Both the position numbers and the translations under genes were made by a program. Below the pieces are notes generated by a model. It was not told the origin of the DNA, searched no databases, and saw only the letters and a list, made by a program, of their open reading frames with translations. DNA of 62,393 nucleotides, filler included, from Chiloscyllium plagiosum (taxonomy: Eukaryota): NCBI RefSeq assembly GCF_004010195.1. It is 4 parts of one record of this genome, joined end to end, with 100 filler letters (N's around TTAATTAATTAA, not from the genome) between each part and the next. Parts side by side here need not be neighbours in the genome. Positions count along the whole stretch, not along the records: positions 51,752 to 62,393 come from NC_057717.1; 3 more parts are not named here. The stretch is one strand, 5' to 3'. Of the stretch, positions 62,107 through 62,393 are shown piece by piece (the stretch's first letter is position 1; every line of letters starts with the position of its first letter).

Positions 62107-62393
62107 TATCCATAACCTCATCACCTCAGGGGACCTCCCATCCACCGCCTCCAACCTCATAGTCCCACAACCCCGCACCGCCCGTTTCTACCTCCTGCCC
62201 AAAATCCACAAACCTGACTGCCCCGGACGACCCATCGTCTCAGCCTGCTCCTGCCCAAACGAACTCATCTCGGCATACCTCGACACGGTCCTGTCCCCAT
62301 TAGTCCAAGAACTCCCCACCTACGTTCGTGACACCACCCACGCCCTCCACCTCCTCCAGGATTTCCGCTTCCCCGGTCCCCAACACCTCATCT
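62107..62393 (+). mobile_element. Penelope-like RT N-terminal fragment (runs off window)
   Basis: [78 protein letters not shown]. Confidence 0.92.

Overview
Repeat-dominated vertebrate DNA, almost certainly from a shark or ray (HE1-type V-SINEs, CR1 LINEs, Penelope-like elements, GPR139-like receptor exons). It is a fragmented scaffold with 8 N-gaps, three of them artificial 100-nt linkers (N44-TTAATTAATTAA-N44), so adjacency across gaps is unreliable. No intact full-length protein-coding gene is visible. Main content: (1) a GPR139/GPR142-like class A GPCR large exon (9888-10794, +) with a 1-nt frameshift, and a phase-compatible first exon with a promoter on the opposite strand (31395-31530, -); (2) a ~2.45-kb tandem array (about 40045-47705) carrying four tRNA-Ile(AAT) copies, one structurally intact and three decaying; (3) Penelope-like retroelement pieces with minimal type I hammerhead ribozyme motifs, one with an intact core (60896-60931, -); (4) three degenerate minisatellites (23, 34 and 38 bp units), the 23-mer with a ~1417-bp higher-order duplication; (5) many CR1, Rex1/Babar-like, L2 and SINE relics, plus short near-perfect tandem duplications that may be assembly artefacts. 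I found no convincing novel biological system. The most interesting items are the hammerhead motifs, the tRNA amplicon and the split GPCR. All family assignments come from my recognition of motifs, not from database searches.
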